Below are positions 41,805-43,532 of a stretch of 43,532 nt of DNA, piece by piece. The DNA is from an uncultured Candidatus Peribacteria bacterium. GTDB taxonomy: Bacteria; Patescibacteriota; Gracilibacteria; UBA1369; UBA12470. The translations under genes and the position numbers were made by a program. Each line of letters begins with the position of its first letter. The first letter of the stretch is position 1. The notes beneath the pieces were generated by a model. The model had not been told where the DNA came from. It saw only the letters and a list, made by a program, of their open reading frames with translations, and did no database searches. The stretch is from NCBI GenBank assembly GCA_964603905.1, contig CAZRWH010000006.1, forward strand, positions 3,224 through 46,755, read 5' to 3'.

Positions 41805-41833
41805 TTGACTAAATCCTTCTGTCATGTTATAAT
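41805..41833 (+). promoter_or_regulatory. consensus sigma70 promoter, TTGACT-N17-TATAAT
   Basis: TTGACTaaatccttctgtcatgtTATAAT. It shares TTCTGT..GTTATAATTACA with the promoter at 41143. Confidence 0.7.
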
Positions 41834-41913
41834 TACACGATATTACAAAAATCAAGCTCCTTGAAAAGCCGGCCCTCTAAAACAAAATAGCAAAATTGTA
41901 ACATTTCAAAACA

Positions 41914-42522
41914 ATGAAAAACAAAAAACTTACAGCAATCGTAGTTGCTGCTGCTCTTGTAGCAAACGTAGTTCTTTTCGGTCTTGCTTCTGCTGACGAT
42001 ACTACTTCTCAAGTACAAATCACAGGTGGAACTGTCACTATCGACGTGTTCCCAACAATGAACTTCTCAGACATTGACACAAGTGCTGCAGACCAACTTA
42101 TCACTTCAACAGGAGGACCTAGCTCTTTCCAAGTTGAAGACCTTACATCAGACGGATCAACATGGGACGTCACACTAGAAATCGCAGGTAGCTTCCTTGA
42201 TTGGAGCACTGGACGTACTATAGTACTAGGAGAAGATGGTGTAGATCTAAGATATGACCTAGACAAAGACGAAGCTGACTGGGCTGACCTAGACGATACT
42301 CCAACTGGAAACTGTCTTGAAGCCACTAGCGGAATGGCAATCGAAGGTCTTGAAGGAGGAATATTCTTCCACGATACAAACCCACAAACAATTATCACAG
42401 CAGACACTACTCCTAGAGCAATAAACTGTGGTATCACACCTATCCTTGAAATCAACGTACCTGGTGGAACTCTATCTGGAACATACCACAACACTTTGAC
42501 TTTCACTCTTACAACATACTAA
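41914..42522 (+). CDS. secreted WxL-domain-like beta-rich protein (202 aa), tandem paralogue
   Basis: Signal peptide ...ASA/DD. TVTIDVFPTMNFSDI, FQVEDLTSDGSTWDVTLEIAG and VPGGTLSGTYHNTLTFTLTTY align with the upstream gene. Confidence 0.5.
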   Translation: MKNKKLTAIVVAAALVANVVLFGLASADDTTSQVQITGGTVTIDVFPTMNFSDIDTSAADQLITSTGGPSSFQVEDLTSDGSTWDVTLEIAGSFLDWSTGRTIVLGEDGVDLRYDLDKDEADWADLDDTPTGNCLEATSGMAIEGLEGGIFFHDTNPQTIITADTTPRAINCGITPILEINVPGGTLSGTYHNTLTFTLTTY

Positions 42523-42546
42523 GCACGTAATATCAAATACTTAAAA

Positions 42547-42574
42547 GGCACCTCTCTCGCGGGGTGTCTTTTTT
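42547..42574 (+). terminator. intrinsic terminator
   Basis: GGCACC...GGTGTC stem followed by TTTTTT. AAAA precedes the stem, so it may act in both directions. Confidence 0.7.
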
Positions 42575-42589
42575 ATAAAAAATTCCCAT

Positions 42590-42666
42590 CACTGCTCTCT
42601 GCTCCTTGCTAACTGCTGACTAAAACCATCACTACTGACTACTGACTCATTCCTACTAACTAAAAA
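42590..42666. repeat. composite heptamer array CACTGCT CTCTGCT CCTTGCT AACTGCT GACTAAA ACCATCA CTACTGA CTACTGA CTCATTC CTACTAA CTAAAAA
   Basis: Eleven phase-locked units. CTCTGCTCCTTGCT and ACTACTGACTACTGACTC recur verbatim inside the giant ORF at 14388-14422. Confidence 0.85.
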
Positions 42667-42842
42667 AGGCTTTCCCGTGATGCCGCTAGCTCATTAAACA
42701 CAGAATCCTGGTAACCAGGGTGGGTTACCGCATCTGGTCGCCACAGCGACTAGAGATGTTGGAATCCCTTAAGGATGGGGGTAGAGTTTGTGTTTTCAAA
42801 ACCACGCGTACATCACAGAAAGCAACTCCAACTATACCGTCA

Positions 42843-43487
42843 CTAAAACGAATAGTCAATTTTCTCAGAAGCTCCAGAAGAACCAATAATCTCAAGCTCA
42901 ATAACACCAATCAACTCGTCATATTGATCAATATAAGTCTCCTTGATAACGCTCAAATCAAACTTCAAAGAAGTGCTGATATAAGCCTCACACATATCTC
43001 CATAGCCCTCATGTTTCAGATATAAATCAACTTGATCTTCATCTTCTGCAGACTGAAAACTTCCATCCCACAACAAATCAAAATCATGTTCTCCGCAGCC
43101 TCCACTATACCCAACATTCACATACAAGATATCTCCATCCAAAAACAAAACATCCTCATACATATCGTTCCCTAGCGAAAAACCATCATTATCCGATGGA
43201 ATTGAATACACTGCCTGAACATCTTCTGCAGTACCATCAGAAACATCCGCTTCGTCCTCAAGATAGTTCACAAGATTGTCGATAATTTGCGCCATTTCCG
43301 CACGATTAACCGGATCTCCAGGCCGATAATACGCCCTATCTCCAACAACAATGCCCTTTTCTACAAGATTGTAAACAGCCTCTTCATACCAAATACCATC
43401 CTCCACATCCGCAAAATATTCAGTTGTTGCAATCGAAACCGGAACCACCAACACAACTAGGATGAAACTAATCAGTAATTTTTTCAT
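42843..43487 (-). CDS. secreted SLH-domain protein
   Basis: Signal peptide from MKKLLISFILVVLVV (ATG at 43487; the track ORF starts at 43526). YFADVEDGIWYEEAVYNLVEKGIVVGDRAYYRPGDPVNRAEMAQII matches the S-layer homology motif. Confidence 0.6.
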   Translation of the reverse strand: MKKLLISFILVVLVVPVSIATTEYFADVEDGIWYEEAVYNLVEKGIVVGDRAYYRPGDPVNRAEMAQIIDNLVNYLEDEADVSDGTAEDVQAVYSIPSDNDGFSLGNDMYEDVLFLDGDILYVNVGYSGGCGEHDFDLLWDGSFQSAEDEDQVDLYLKHEGYGDMCEAYISTSLKFDLSVIKETYIDQYDELIGVIELEIIGSSGASEKIDYSF

Positions 43488-43532
43488 AACACAAAAAGTT
43501 AAAATATGTCGCTCCCAGAGTAGCATAGTTAG

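Noticed and set aside
42720-43025. A 101-aa plus-strand ORF overlapping the spacer and the 3' end of the SLH gene.
   Set aside because: It overlaps the better-supported minus-strand SLH gene, starts with a non-ATG codon inside hairpin-rich sequence and has no recognisable features.

Overview
This is a gene-dense bacterial window read with the standard genetic code, and TGA is used as a stop. Most genes encode hypothetical proteins. That gene content, together with many secreted or lipoprotein genes, would fit an uncultivated, CPR-like, cell-surface-specialised bacterium; this is inference only.

Housekeeping genes recognised by motif:
- M16 zinc peptidase
- class B penicillin-binding protein
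- MurJ lipid II flippase
- ribosomal protein L33 (57 aa, below the ORF-track cutoff)
- tRNA-Thr(GGU)
- fused ABC exporter
- MmcQ/YjbR-family protein
- thioredoxin-fold protein fused to a DsbD/CcdA-like membrane domain
- C39-like cysteine peptidase
- SLH-domain protein

The window is dominated by an 11.5-kb ORF (10266..21770, minus strand) encoding a 3,834-aa mosaic protein. It has no signal peptide. It carries a central glycine-zipper hydrophobic region, tandem ~100-aa modules, a diverged ~300-aa internal duplication and a C-terminal Cys-containing LRR-like domain. Two further large proteins (862 aa and 853 aa) share the Pro/acidic spacer, module and LRR-like C-terminal architecture. Each of the three is preceded by a 70-110-aa acidic protein.

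The most unusual DNA-level signal is a family of 7-nt tandem repeats (CATCTGT / CACTGTY / CTCTGCT / GACTACT types). Ten intergenic arrays sit mostly at or across stop codons. The same units also run as long, phase-locked 7-nt-periodic blocks inside the giant ORF, where they encode acidic low-complexity linkers.

Two other repeated intergenic elements occur at the 3' ends of minus-strand genes. One is a ~58-nt conserved core inside a long hairpin that shows one compensatory base-pair change. The other is a GTCTCGACTAG motif.

Other points:
- Several pairs of paralogous genes are present: WxL-like secreted proteins, lipoproteins, and proteins with cNMP-binding-like domains.
- Promoters are near-consensus sigma70 with short leaders, and no Shine-Dalgarno sequence was seen upstream of any start codon inspected except one isolated GAGGAG upstream of the MmcQ/YjbR gene.
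- No CRISPR array, transposase, integrase or rRNA was seen.
- All family calls come from motif recognition by eye. No database search was run.
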